Translations under genes and position numbers: made by a program | The notes under the pieces: generated by a model | What the model was told of the DNA's origin: nothing | What the model saw: only the letters and a program-made list of their open reading frames with translations | Databases searched by the model: none | NCBI GenBank assembly: GCA_963701965.1 | Contig: OY969695.1 | Coordinates: 1,664,001 to 1,728,000 of the forward strand | Direction of reading: 5' to 3' | Length of the DNA: 64,000 nt | Origin: an uncultured Gemmatimonadales bacterium | Lineage (GTDB): Bacteria; Gemmatimonadota; Gemmatimonadetes; Gemmatimonadales; Gemmatimonadaceae | Shown here: piece after piece, positions 10,681-21,237 of the stretch | Layout: each line of letters opens with the position of its first letter | Numbering within the stretch: the first letter of the stretch is position 1

Positions 10681-12196
10681 TCAAGAATGAGCGACAGTAT
10701 CGAATTGCTACGGCCGAAGCCGCGCGTTTCAGCGAGGCTCTAGCCTCACGTCCTAACGCGCCTCCGGAGAACTCGGACATCGATCCACGCTTTTGGGACG
10801 CGGAAACGGAAGCCATGCACGCGCAGCTAGAGGAGCTACGCGCAGAGCTTTCAGCGTACGATGCCCTGCAGAGCGGAACTCACCGACTCTTCGACGTGCG
10901 TGGTTGGCAAGACGTGCCGCGCGCACTCGTGCAAGGTCGCATCGCTATGGGGCTGACCCAGAAGGATCTTGCAGAGCGCCTTGAACTTCCCGAACAGACG
11001 ATTCAACGGTACGAAGCGACCGAGTATGCGGCTGCCAGTTTGTGGCGACCCGTGATATCGCGACAGCGCTAGGTCTCGAACTGTCCGGTTTCACTATCGC
11101 GCCTGATGCGGAGCCAACGCCATCACGCTTTTTCGAGCATCTCAAGGAAATCGGACTTGATAGACGTATCGTCTCCGAGAATCTCCTCCCACCGGCGCTC
11201 GCATCAGCTATGCTCGCACCAGCCAAGGCTAGGACCAAGATATATGGCGCAGTAATGCAAGTCGCTGGTCTCGTAGAGCGTATTTTCGGTATTCCTCCTT
11301 CGGTGTTATTCGGCAACGAGCCTCTAACAGCATTTGTGGTCCCAGCGACTGCGGCCAGATTCAAACGACCTAAGGTCCGAACAAAGGCGAACGTCGATCG
11401 CCAAGCAATCACCGACGGTTACACGTTTTTTGTACACTATCTCGCGTTGCTAGTACTGGAGACAACGAGCCATTTACCGCGCGAACCGGTTCCAGAGTCG
11501 CCTCAAGAATGGCGCAGTCGGATTCTGAGGCAATTTGGCAGCTTGGAATTCGAGCATGTCGTACAGTTCTTTTGGAGCGTCGGAATTCCAATCCTTCCGC
11601 TGAGGGACAGCGGGATTTTTCATGGAGCTTGCTAGCGTATCGGCGGGCACGAAGTCATCGTGCTAAAGCAACGCACGCTTTCGGAGGATCGATGGACGCT
11701 GGATGTGCTCCACGAGGGTGGCCATATTGTCCAAGAGCCCCTTAGCGAATCGTTTCAGATTCTCGAGGACGAAACTCCCTGGTTTGATGATCCGAGAGAA
11801 CAGAACGCTACACGCTTTGCCAGCGAGATCTTACTGGACGGGAAAGCGGATGCTATGGCAGAGCGCGCGGTCAATTTAGCGAATAACAATGTTCGTTTTC
11901 TCGAGCGCGCCGTGCGAAGAATTGCGGACGAAGCCAGCGTACCGCTCGGTGTGCTGGCGAACTATCTAGCCTATCGGATTGCCGCGGATACACGGGATGC
12001 TTCCGAGCCGATTAACTGGTGGCCAAGTGCGGCACGTCTGCAACGTCAACGGAATGATCCATGGAAGATTGCACGCGACGCGCTTCTTGAGCATGCAGAT
12101 TTTGCTAGACTGAATCCAATTGATCGAGACCTGCTTGTTCGGGCTCTCATGGACCCTACTGTAGAACCCGCGGCGAAGGGAGGAACCAACACATGA
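10677..12196 (+). CDS. XRE HTH fused to ImmA/IrrE Zn-metallopeptidase; frameshift near 11050 and in-frame TAG at 11633
   Basis: MIKNERQY..., GLTQKDLAERL...IQRYEATEY HTH; FHGAC*RIGG..VIVLKQ; DVLHEGGH (HExxH); REQNATRFA..ILL. Confidence 0.8.
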
Positions 12197-12927
12197 CCGA
12201 TGCGCCAAATAAGCTAAAGATCTCGTGCGGCACGGTCGATTGTGAGAATGGACTTCACTGTTATCTACGCACGAAGCGTGAGGCTCAGAAAGCAAGCCGA
12301 CAAGTTCGGTCAACGAGAGCGATCAACGGGACAAACGCGGCTGAAATGAATAGCAGTTCAGAGGTGGCATCGCCCAAGACCGCTGGATTTGATACTGGCC
12401 TGTCAATTGGAGATGTGGTTCAAAAGAGAGCGACATCACGACAATGTAAGGCCTGCGGCGTGAATCTTGTGGACTGGGAGCGCATCGGACAACGCGATAT
12501 CCGCAATGTGAAGCACACGTTTCAAGCCATGCGTACCGAGTGGATTCGGCACTATTTCTGGCACGTATCCATCGACAGCGTGGCAGTAGACTACGCATTC
12601 CGCAAAGGGAAACAGCAATTACGCGAACGCCTAGCAGGTCGTATTCGAAGTGCAATTGGAAAGTCAGCAGATCAACTCTTCCGCAATGGTGCGCAGACGC
12701 CGCTAGGCACAACCCCGAGGGCAGAGAATATCATGTACTTTGCGCAACATGCGACGGCGAGCTGCTGCCGCAAATGCGTTGAAGAATGGCACTCGATACC
12801 CCGGAATCGAGTCTTGTCAAACGAGGACATCGAATATCTCACAGACTTGGGTATGTGCTACATACTGGAGCGACTACCAACACTGCCGGAGGACGCAGCT
12901 GCAGTTTCCACTTCGGACGGCGAGTGA
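12193..12927 (+). CDS. DUF4186 family protein with Cys-rich N-terminal extension
   Basis: G.QTP...FAQHATASCCRKCVEEWHSIP motif; ATGA coupling to upstream gene. Confidence 0.85.
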   Translation: MTDAPNKLKISCGTVDCENGLHCYLRTKREAQKASRQVRSTRAINGTNAAEMNSSSEVASPKTAGFDTGLSIGDVVQKRATSRQCKACGVNLVDWERIGQRDIRNVKHTFQAMRTEWIRHYFWHVSIDSVAVDYAFRKGKQQLRERLAGRIRSAIGKSADQLFRNGAQTPLGTTPRAENIMYFAQHATASCCRKCVEEWHSIPRNRVLSNEDIEYLTDLGMCYILERLPTLPEDAAAVSTSDGE

Positions 12928-13033
12928 CAGCGAATCGCTGGAGTGAGGCTAGCTCGTTTGTGCGCTCATACCCGATGCTTGTCATGCGGCAGTTGATTGA
13001 ACACGCTGACTCAAAGATTGTCGGAAGGACTAG

Positions 13034-14002
13034 ATGAGCCCACGCGGAGTGATCAAGACAGATTCGTATTCCGCTGAACTTCGAGCACGAGCTATCGACC
13101 TAACTCAAAAGCGCGTGCTCATCGCTGATTTGCGCGGGAGCCAACAAGCAAAGGATCTAACCGTTCCGCCAAACTGCAGTGGCTACGGCAGGATCCGTCA
13201 TTTTTCTAGAAGGACGATACCTGACTGGCCACCGAACTCATTGCCGATCGACCCGGCTTGTGCGGCACTTGGCTTGTCCCGCTCGGATGCTCTCAATGCC
13301 CAAGTGTTTCAGAATGCGGCCTGCAATTGGCGTTGCTGGTACTGCTATGTTCCGTACGAACTCCTGTCCGCCGATTCGAAGCGGGGCGCCTGGCTTTCGG
13401 CCGATGATATATTGGACCTGTATTTAAAGGAGCCTGAACAGGCTCGAGTCATCGATTTGAGTGGCGGCCAGCCCGACCTGGTGCCCGAGTGGTTGCAATG
13501 GATGGTGGAAGCGGTTGAATCGCGTGGGCTTGAGAAGCAAGTCTATCTGTGGTCGGACGACAATCTCAGCAACGACTACTACTGGCAGTATTTGACGGAA
13601 CACGCTAGGGAAGCAATTTCCTCCGCGCGCAACTATGGCCGCGTATGCTGCTTCAAGGGATTTGATGATCGGTCATTCTCATTCAACACTCAGGCGGCAT
13701 CAGACTTGTTTAGTCGACAATTCGAACTGTTCGGCCGCCTCATGTCCGAAGGGATTGATCTATACGCTTATATGACGTTCACGACGCCTTATTCGAATGG
13801 CATCGCAGACGCCATGACGCGTTTCGTCGATCGCCTGCAGGAACTTAGCCCCAACCTTCCCTTGCGCGCCGTGCCGTTAGAGATTCGTCCGTACACGCCA
13901 ATGCAAGCTCGCATTGGCCCGCAGGAGGAACGTGCACTCGATCTTCAGCGAGTCGCGTGCGAAGCTTGGCTGCGGGAGATCGACCGACGTTTTCTCGGCT
14001 AG
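13034..14002 (+). CDS. Radical SAM protein
   Basis: CNWRCWYC (CxxxCxxC) and IDLSGGQP; GGAAGGA RBS. Confidence 0.9.
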   Translation: MSPRGVIKTDSYSAELRARAIDLTQKRVLIADLRGSQQAKDLTVPPNCSGYGRIRHFSRRTIPDWPPNSLPIDPACAALGLSRSDALNAQVFQNAACNWRCWYCYVPYELLSADSKRGAWLSADDILDLYLKEPEQARVIDLSGGQPDLVPEWLQWMVEAVESRGLEKQVYLWSDDNLSNDYYWQYLTEHAREAISSARNYGRVCCFKGFDDRSFSFNTQAASDLFSRQFELFGRLMSEGIDLYAYMTFTTPYSNGIADAMTRFVDRLQELSPNLPLRAVPLEIRPYTPMQARIGPQEERALDLQRVACEAWLREIDRRFLG

Positions 14003-14053
14003 CGAGCGCAATGTACCGATCAATGCCGTCGCGTTGCGACCGACCAGGATCCC

Positions 14054-14593
14054 GTGATCGACTTCGGACTGCTACAAGAGGCGGTTCGAGCAGATTCATA
14101 TTGGTCGGCGTACCTACGGAGCTCGGGCGAGCGTCAGGCAATTCGGATGCACCTTGCGATCTTCGTTGAGCCTTTTCTTGGCTTTGTTCTCGATGGCAGC
14201 AAGACGATCGAATCGAGATTTAGCGTCAACGCGACCGCCCCATACGGCCGCGTCTCCCGCGGTGACGTGGTTCTTCTCAAGCGATCTGGTGGGCCAATTT
14301 GTGGCATATGTCAGGCTGCCAATGTCTGGTACTATGAGCTCGACAAACGTGCCTGGCGTGAGATTCGTCGTCGATTTGCGACAGCCTTGCGACTCAATGC
14401 GCCTGACCTCAAGGATCGTTGCAATCGCGCCAGCTACGCCACTCTTATTCGCCTAAAGCACGTCTCGCCGACGCTGCCTATTGGCGTTGCGAAACGCGAT
14501 AGACGCGGGTGGGTCGTTCTGACAGAATCGAACCATCTGCTCAACCTGTTCGAATATTCGGAATGTCGGCAGGCTATTCGATACTCTCGTTGA
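14054..14593 (+). CDS. ASCH domain protein (PUA-like fold)
   Basis: HLAIFVEPFL..VLDGSKTIESRFS (GxKxxExR), GDVVLLK.SGGPI.G. Confidence 0.85.
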   Translation: MIDFGLLQEAVRADSYWSAYLRSSGERQAIRMHLAIFVEPFLGFVLDGSKTIESRFSVNATAPYGRVSRGDVVLLKRSGGPICGICQAANVWYYELDKRAWREIRRRFATALRLNAPDLKDRCNRASYATLIRLKHVSPTLPIGVAKRDRRGWVVLTESNHLLNLFEYSECRQAIRYSR

Positions 14594-14707
14594 TTGGAGC
14601 AAGAGTGGTGAGCGTTCTCGCGCCACGTCGTGCATTCTTGTAGCTAGAAGATAGCCGTCGAGGAATACCCGGTTTCAGTTCACATCTTCGCTAGGTAATC
14701 GTCTCAG

Positions 14708-15289
14708 ATGAGGTTGACTGTTATTGGGATCGCGGGGCATGCCAAGAGTGGCAAGAGCACGTTGGCTCAGGCGTTATCGGATCGACTGGCGCTTCCACGC
14801 GTTAGCTTCGGGACCGAAATACGAAAGATTGCTGGAGAACGCGGCGAGCCCGTCACGGACCCAGCACGCGCGACCGAAAGAGCGGTGCTCATGCGTCACG
14901 GAGAACATCTCGTTGCGCATGAGACGGAAATGCTCTGCCGTCGGGTTATCGCCCAAGCAAACTGGAGAGAAAGAGGGGGCGTCATCATAGACGGCATACG
15001 ACATGTCGTCGTCGTAGAGACTCTTCGTCGAATTCTATCGCCGGTGTCGCTGTTCTTGATTCTGGTTAACACCTCCGCGAACGAACGCGAGCAGCGTTTC
15101 GTCGACGCCGGGCTGGGTCCTTTGACACGCGCCGTCATGGACGCTCATTCAACTGAGCGCGAAATTCCAGACGAGATCGCGTTACTCGCGGATCAAGTAG
15201 TCGACGGAGCAGTTGACGCCAGCGTCACTGTGGACGCGGTAGTCGCAGCTATCGAAGCACGGTCCTTGTCGCGCGGCGTGCCTGATTGA
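14708..15289 (+). CDS. P-loop nucleotide/nucleoside monophosphate kinase-like protein
   Basis: GIAGHAKSGKST Walker A, VSFG.EIR, VIIDGIRH. Confidence 0.8.
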   Translation: MRLTVIGIAGHAKSGKSTLAQALSDRLALPRVSFGTEIRKIAGERGEPVTDPARATERAVLMRHGEHLVAHETEMLCRRVIAQANWRERGGVIIDGIRHVVVVETLRRILSPVSLFLILVNTSANEREQRFVDAGLGPLTRAVMDAHSTEREIPDEIALLADQVVDGAVDASVTVDAVVAAIEARSLSRGVPD

Positions 15290-15313
15290 GCAAACCTACC
15301 CTTTCGAACGCAT

Positions 15314-16309
15314 CTAGTACGGTATACTGAAGTCCTCGTGCACAACGATCGAGGCGAATTCGTGCACGCCGTTTGGTCTCACCCAGTAGTGTAGGTGGAA
15401 CTCGTAATCAATGTCGCGACGCCACGCGCGTGCACCGTCAGTTTGGCGAACTAGGTCCGGGTCGTTGCCGCCGTTGCCGGTCCGGAGTCAATGTGGCTTC
15501 CCAGTGTTCAACTGCAATAGTGTATCAGCGCTCGCGTTCAGCAGTCGCTCGATCTTGGCAGTCTCATGACAGAAACCAAGGGCCTGTGCGGACTGCAGAA
15601 ATTCGGACCCTAGAGCACAAATAACATTGATCGGCCAGATAAGTGCACCGCCCTGCATGGCCTGGCGTTGAGCAGTTCGCATCTCGATCGCAGCTCGCTC
15701 GCAACCTGACAGTTGCCAAAGCGCGGAAGCACTCTCCAGACCAATGAAGCCGGCCAAATTCTCAACCAGCGCGGCGTCGATACGATACTCCGTCTCTTCT
15801 GGCTCATTCGTTTCCACGCGCTGGATAAGAGCTGAGCCCATCACAGTGACCGCAAATGTTGTGTTTGCGGTACCTCGCGTCCACACAATCGGGTCCCTAC
15901 CTCCAGCTTGCTCCTGTCGGAACGCCGCCAACCCCAGGAGGTGGTGATGGTGTTCAATGAACAATTGCGGTCGATTGACAAGATGCGAGTCGGGATTGCA
16001 TGCGGATGTTACGCATACCAATTCGACGACTTGTGCGACGTCTTCGGCGGTGGTGCCGCCTAGCAAGGAGTAGACCAGGGTGACGATATCGTGGCGCGCA
16101 ATCTCGCGAGAATGCGGGCCTCCAACCCAGACCGGATAACTCTGTGTTTTTGCGAGGAGTTCGCTGGCATCAGCGGCGGAAACGATTCTCACCCATCGCT
16201 GCTGCTGCAATCGCCGCAACTCCAACAGTTGTGATACGTATTCGTCTCTTGCGGCGGTCGTGTCGGAATCGAGCGCGACAGCATACGCGTCAAGATACAC
16301 ATCAGGCAT
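15314..16309 (-). CDS. Hypothetical protein with C-terminal RelE-like domain, in-frame TGA at 15488
   Basis: Frame continues past KPH* as LRTGNGGNDP...AWRRDIDYEFHLHYW...FASIVVHEDFSIPY*; start overlaps the ATPase stop. Confidence 0.6.
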
Positions 16310-18185
16310 TCTGATTATTACCCGGCCGACTCCGCCGCTTCCGAATCCCCGCTTCAAGAATCGACGCTGCTGAGTTCTCCGTTTCATCGAAAAACCCTAC
16401 CGGCCACTCTTCAAGCACTCCATACTCGTTGACGATTACACGGCGATATTGTGATTGCCTGTCGATCTGTTCGACAAAGTAAAGTGCGATCGAATCCGCC
16501 ATGGTCGGCTCGCTCGTTGCAGCGGCCCAATAGCGAAGGCGATTGACCAAGTGCTCGCTGTGTGTCTCTACCACACATTGCTTGCCGAGTCGAGCCATGG
16601 CAACGAAGAAGTCTGCCAAACGTGTCTGTGCCTTCGGATTCAGATGCACCTCTGGTTGTTCGAATAACAGTGTAGCACCGGACGGCGCCACGAGCGCCAT
16701 CACTAGAACCGGAAGAACTTGACTCACACCGATGCCTACCTGTGTAAGGTCAAACTCCGATCGAAGTTCATAACCAAGTCGGCCTATACTCACACTAATT
16801 GCTTCACTCCCTACGCCGAGAAATGCAAGCCATTCGTTGACTGCTTGCAGAAGATTGACCTCCGTCTGACCTGCCAGGTTGCGGTCAGCTACGAATCTCT
16901 CTGGAGGCAAATGGGGCACCTTAGCTTCACTGTAAAGATCGAGCACGGCTGCCGTGTGCTCGCCACTCACTCCGACATCCCACGATTCGGACCCGCCGAC
17001 AAGCGGGTAAACGGTGCGGGGCGCGGTCCGGATGGGTCCGAGATAACGAACAGAGGTGACGAAGAAATCACGTATCGCTAACGACGAGTCTCGTATGACA
17101 GGTGGAAGCTGCCGGTGCTCAGCGGCCTTCAGACCAAATTGTGTGACACGAACTGCGCGTAGCAGATCGTCCCTTCGGTCTGCTAGCGCTTTTGCGAGCT
17201 GTCGCCGATAGTCCGGCCGTAGTGTGCGATAACTGGCAACGAATTGTGCGGTGGAAAACTCCAGTTGCTCGAGCAGCGCGGCAGCGGACTGCGCGTCCGG
17301 CGTTCCTATTGATTTGAGAACTTGCAGCAGTATGGCCCTGACTTCGGCATTTAGGACTTGGTCAGCTTCAGTCGCAAGCGTGTCTCCCGGCGGATCGTCC
17401 AACTCTTGGACGGACTCAAGTAGCGCACTAACAAACGAATTAGATGCGCGCTCTGCGGCATCATATACGACTGTGATTCTTCTTGGGAGGAAATGAGTGA
17501 GAGATGCTCCAACCGGCATATCGCTACCGGATCGTCTCCGCGACCGATCAGCAAAATCGACAACCTCGTAGTCGAAGGACTCAAGGACTCGAGACGGGAC
17601 GCGACCTTCGATACCGAGACCCAAATCAACTAGTCGATTAACCCGCGGCGACCCTAGCCGCCGCATGTGGATTCCGGCACCAGGTGGCCGTTCGCTCATG
17701 GATCGAAGGTCGGCGTTCGTCCTGCTAGCACGACTATCTCCGATGTCGACCCACGACTCCAGCCGCGACTCGTGAAGATCGGGATGAAGCTGGGGCAGTC
17801 GTCGACCATCTGTAGATGGGGCGATAAACGCGTAGGAACATCGGACGAGCGCTTGCCGCGATGTATCGCTTGGCCAGAACCTCCCAGCGAATGATGCGAG
17901 TCGCTCTGATGAAACCCTCAGCGAGAACCCGATCTCCACGATTGTGCGCTCTGCGTACCTACAGCGCACGTCTTCAAATGTGCCCAACCGCACGAGAGGA
18001 CCATTAAGAATAACCGGCATATTGTTGAGAGGACTGCGCAGCGTTTGCGCGGTCATCAGGATGCTCTGGATGACGGTGCTCTTTCCCGCGCTATTAGGAC
18101 CGGTCAGTATCGTTAGCGGCGCCAGCGTCAGCAATGTATTGGCTTGTACGGATTTGAAGCAGTGCAATCGCCATTCAATGAGCAT
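16302..18185 (-). CDS. ABC/AAA-type ATPase with C-terminal DUF3696
   Basis: GPNSAGKS, VGIGVSQVLP, FEQPEVHLNP, VETHSEH, WPVGFFDE. Confidence 0.9.
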   Translation of the reverse strand: MLIEWRLHCFKSVQANTLLTLAPLTILTGPNSAGKSTVIQSILMTAQTLRSPLNNMPVILNGPLVRLGTFEDVRCRYAERTIVEIGFSLRVSSERLASFAGRFWPSDTSRQALVRCSYAFIAPSTDGRRLPQLHPDLHESRLESWVDIGDSRASRTNADLRSMSERPPGAGIHMRRLGSPRVNRLVDLGLGIEGRVPSRVLESFDYEVVDFADRSRRRSGSDMPVGASLTHFLPRRITVVYDAAERASNSFVSALLESVQELDDPPGDTLATEADQVLNAEVRAILLQVLKSIGTPDAQSAAALLEQLEFSTAQFVASYRTLRPDYRRQLAKALADRRDDLLRAVRVTQFGLKAAEHRQLPPVIRDSSLAIRDFFVTSVRYLGPIRTAPRTVYPLVGGSESWDVGVSGEHTAAVLDLYSEAKVPHLPPERFVADRNLAGQTEVNLLQAVNEWLAFLGVGSEAISVSIGRLGYELRSEFDLTQVGIGVSQVLPVLVMALVAPSGATLLFEQPEVHLNPKAQTRLADFFVAMARLGKQCVVETHSEHLVNRLRYWAAATSEPTMADSIALYFVEQIDRQSQYRRVIVNEYGVLEEWPVGFFDETENSAASILEAGIRKRRSRPGNNQNA

Positions 18186-18531
18186 GTGCCTCCTCGAGCC
18201 GAACGTGAGCGTCACATTGGTGTGCTTCACCATTACAACCTAAGTTCGCGACCTAACGGCCCCACAGTTCTCGGACTCGGACTCGGCCAGCCGGCATCAG
18301 TCCCGCGACCGAAATCGAAGAGGCCGAAAGCTCGGACACTGTCTTCAGAATCCGCAGACGCGAACTGGTCGACAAGCACTCCGACATCGCGCGGCAAATC
18401 GTGCAGATGCACTCGATATCACCTATCACCGGCACCACGGCCACCGAGTAGGTGCGGTCGAGTTCGGGATTGCCGACCTGCATTGTCACGAAGGCATATG
18501 TATGCTCGTCAATTGCCTCCCAGTTCCGAAC

Positions 18532-19297
18532 CTATGTCACATCACCACCACGACGCGCGCTGCGGCGCAGCTGCTCGAGCTCGGCCCGCAACGGCGCCCA
18601 ATATGCGCGGTCAAGCTCCCGCTCCATTGCCTCCTCGGCGGTCAGGGCCTCCTCCAGCCGCACCTTGTCACGCGCAGTGGCGGCGTCCAACAGCGGACGC
18701 TCGGCAACTATTTCGCGCGCAGCGGTTCGGAACCGGTGCACCGCCTCGACGAGTAACACCGGCGTGCGCAGCTCGCGCAACCAGAATCGCGCCTCGGTGG
18801 GCGCAGGACGCGATGTTCCGCCGAGGTAGCTGACTTCCATGAGCCGGCGAATCATCGGCCAGTCCTTGTCCCGCTGAGTCTTCTTAGACACGACGAGATC
18901 GGACAAACCAATCACATTGACGGTGAGACCATTCTGGTAGCGCGCGGGTCTGACGTCGCGACACAAGCGCGCGAAATGGGTCGACCCCGCGGAGGCGCGC
19001 CATGACGTCAATGCGCATGCCCGCGACGTCCGGGCGTTCACACTCAAAATGAATCGCATGACCGCGCTCCAGGTATTGGAGCTCGAATGGTGGCACCGCA
19101 ACGACTCTCGCCTGAAGGTCGGCGAGGGCCGCCTTCAATCGCGAGAGATTGTCAGCGTCTGCGAGGACGGCGAGATCGGTGTCCCGGCTGAACTCCGCTG
19201 CCCCGTACAGAATGCACGCCTGACCGCCGATGAGCAGACTGTCGACGGAGAATGCCCGGATCGAAGAAAGGACTCTGTGTATCGGGCTCGGGCCCAA
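18532..19297 (-). CDS. Minimal nucleotidyltransferase-like protein (frameshift near 18940)
   Basis: LLIGGQACILYG..EFSRDTD, IDVM, DLVVSKKTQRDKDW. Confidence 0.7.
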
Positions 19298-19463
19298 GCG
19301 TGCCTCCCAGGGCGAGATAGTCGACCCACATCTGAGAGCTGGCCGTCCAACGCTCCTCTGGCGTCATACGGTACCAAGCTGCCCATTCGGGCTCGCAGAG
19401 GTCTTCGATTTCGACGCGGCGTCGCGAAACGGCCGCTCTAGACCGACGATCTGAGGGGGTCAC
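19152..19463 (-). CDS. Small partner protein overlapping the nucleotidyltransferase gene
   Basis: EWAAWYRMTPEERW..S..MW..YLALGGTLGPEPD.QSPFF; ends uncertain. Confidence 0.5.
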   Translation of the reverse strand: MTPSDRRSRAAVSRRRVEIEDLCEPEWAAWYRMTPEERWTASSQMWVDYLALGGTLGPEPDTQSPFFDPGILRRQSAHRRSGVHSVRGSGVQPGHRSRRPRRR

Positions 19464-19686
19464 AAGATCCTCTCGACTCGATACGGGACGACGACTGTGT
19501 CACTTTGAAACTAACACCTAAAAAGCACGAGATAAATGGTTTTGCGCCGGCCACAATCAACAACCTGACGAGCGACGGCTTGCGCAACGACCATGACGGG
19601 GTCCCGGCGTCGAGCGTCATAGGTGTATCGAGGCCTTCGTCTGCCCGAGTAAGCGTTGCATGATCTTTCTTGCCTGGGCCTGAAGC

Positions 19687-20400
19687 TCACTGATAGGGGT
19701 CGAAGCGTCGCAGGACCGCAATGTACGGCTCAAGTAGACTCGCGCGAAACTCGGCCATGACGGACGCAACGTTGTTGCCGCATTGCCATTGTGTGGGCGT
19801 CAACCCCGTGAGCCGACGGACGATCCGCAGGAGCGCTTGTGGCGACGACGCATTGAGCGCGTTGGCGATCGCCGTCGCGCTTTGGGTCGTCGACTCCGCG
19901 TGGTACGCAACTCGGGCCAACAGCGCGATTTCGAGATAGCGTTTCGGGGATGGCAGGCCGGCGCGGTTGAATCGCGACATTAGAGAGCCACGAGGCACGC
20001 CACCTAGCGTCGCGACGTCTGCTACCAGCTTGCATTGCCCGCCAAAGACCGCGGCGATGAACCGAATCCAACCGGCTGTCGTGGTGCCGAGCACATCGTT
20101 GACCAGCACTACGGCGTGCCGAGCCAACGAGCTCGGAAGCCGCTCCGGATCCAGTGCTTCCCGTAGCGACGCCCACCCCAATCGACCAACGCGCAGATCC
20201 ACAACCGGCTCGGCGCCAGCGGCGCCAAGTATGGCCGCTCGGCGGACAGCGGCGTCGCCGACTTCCTCGCTCACGATCCCAAGGACCGGAATGTGAGGGA
20301 ACGCGCGCCGCACGCGAACCAGCTGATCCACTGCCGCCGTGTCGATCCGAGCGACCGAGACAATGCCGGCGGCCGCATTGACTGGGCGCCCCGATCTCCA
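19687..20400 (-). CDS. AraC-type HTH regulator, N-terminus degenerate
   Basis: SLMSRFNRAGLPSPKRYL, IANALNASSPQALLRIVRRLTGLTPTQW. Confidence 0.7.
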   Translation of the reverse strand, partial: WRSGRPVNAAAGIVSVARIDTAAVDQLVRVRRAFPHIPVLGIVSEEVGDAAVRRAAILGAAGAEPVVDLRVGRLGWASLREALDPERLPSSLARHAVVLVNDVLGTTTAGWIRFIAAVFGGQCKLVADVATLGGVPRGSLMSRFNRAGLPSPKRYLEIALLARVAYHAESTTQSATAIANALNASSPQALLRIVRRLTGLTPTQWQCGNNVASVMAEFRASLLEPYIAVLRRFDPYQ

Positions 20401-20419
20401 GCCTTTGGCGGTGACGCTC

Positions 20420-21237
20420 AGAGGCCTCCGCAAAGCCAGGGCTATACCCAAGAGAGCTTCGCCTACGACGCCGGGCTGGATCGAGGGTTCGTCGGCGCGG
20501 CCGACTGGGACGGCATTCTGATCGACACCGCCGTCCGCCGCCGCCGTCCGGACACGAGCTTGATTTGGAGACAACAACGCGCCCTGAACATTGAAATACT
20601 TGCTCGGCACGCCATTGATGCGGTGAAGGCAGCGGACCTTTCTGTACTCCTGGCGCCGACCATCGAGGTACGCGCGGACGCTCTGGTACACGAAGGCAAG
20701 ACGCTCTGGTCGCTAGGCATGGCATTGCCCGTATACAACGTCGTCCCAACATTGGCCGTTTGGCGGTGCCCATCGCATCAGCGCCTCTACGATCAGGTGT
20801 GCGAGCGGCAATTCGGGATCAGCGGACCATTGTTCAAAGTCGTCGACATCTTTCGTGATTCCGGGCAGCACCAGCGTCTCGTGTTCCGTGCCAACGGGTC
20901 GACCGAGGAAACCGGTGGGTCGGTCTCGTGGACGCTCAGGCGCGATGACGAGTCGATGCAAAGCATCTCGCGGGGAAGATGGCTGGACGCCCGGCTGGCC
21001 ATCGATAATCTGATCAATGACACGCTCGTAGCGGACCGGCTCGCAGGCAGCATCGTCATTGTGCCGCCCGAGTGGGAGACATACCGGAACCTAGGCGCGT
21101 TTTCTCCAGTGTACCTGTACGATACGGAAGTGCGGGCCGCCCCTTACGTCTGGTCGCCCCACGCCGGTATCTGGGTACCGATTCGATCAATAGCGGCGAG
21201 ACGCATCGTCTCCAGGTCCGCCGTCGGTATCGCATGA
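20420..21237 (+). CDS. Hypothetical protein preceded by an XRE-HTH fragment
   Basis: GYTQESFAYDAGLDRGFVGA resembles an XRE helix pair; the ORF stop overlaps the next ATG (ATGA). Confidence 0.45.

Noticed and set aside
13034..14002. Calling the radical SAM a prokaryotic viperin or QueE
   Set aside because: Only the generic CxxxCxxC and SGG motifs match; family-specific motifs are not evident, so it is left unassigned
15488..15490. Selenocysteine or stop-codon recoding
   Set aside because: No Cys-equivalent redox motif or obvious SECIS; other genes use TGA and TAG as normal stops
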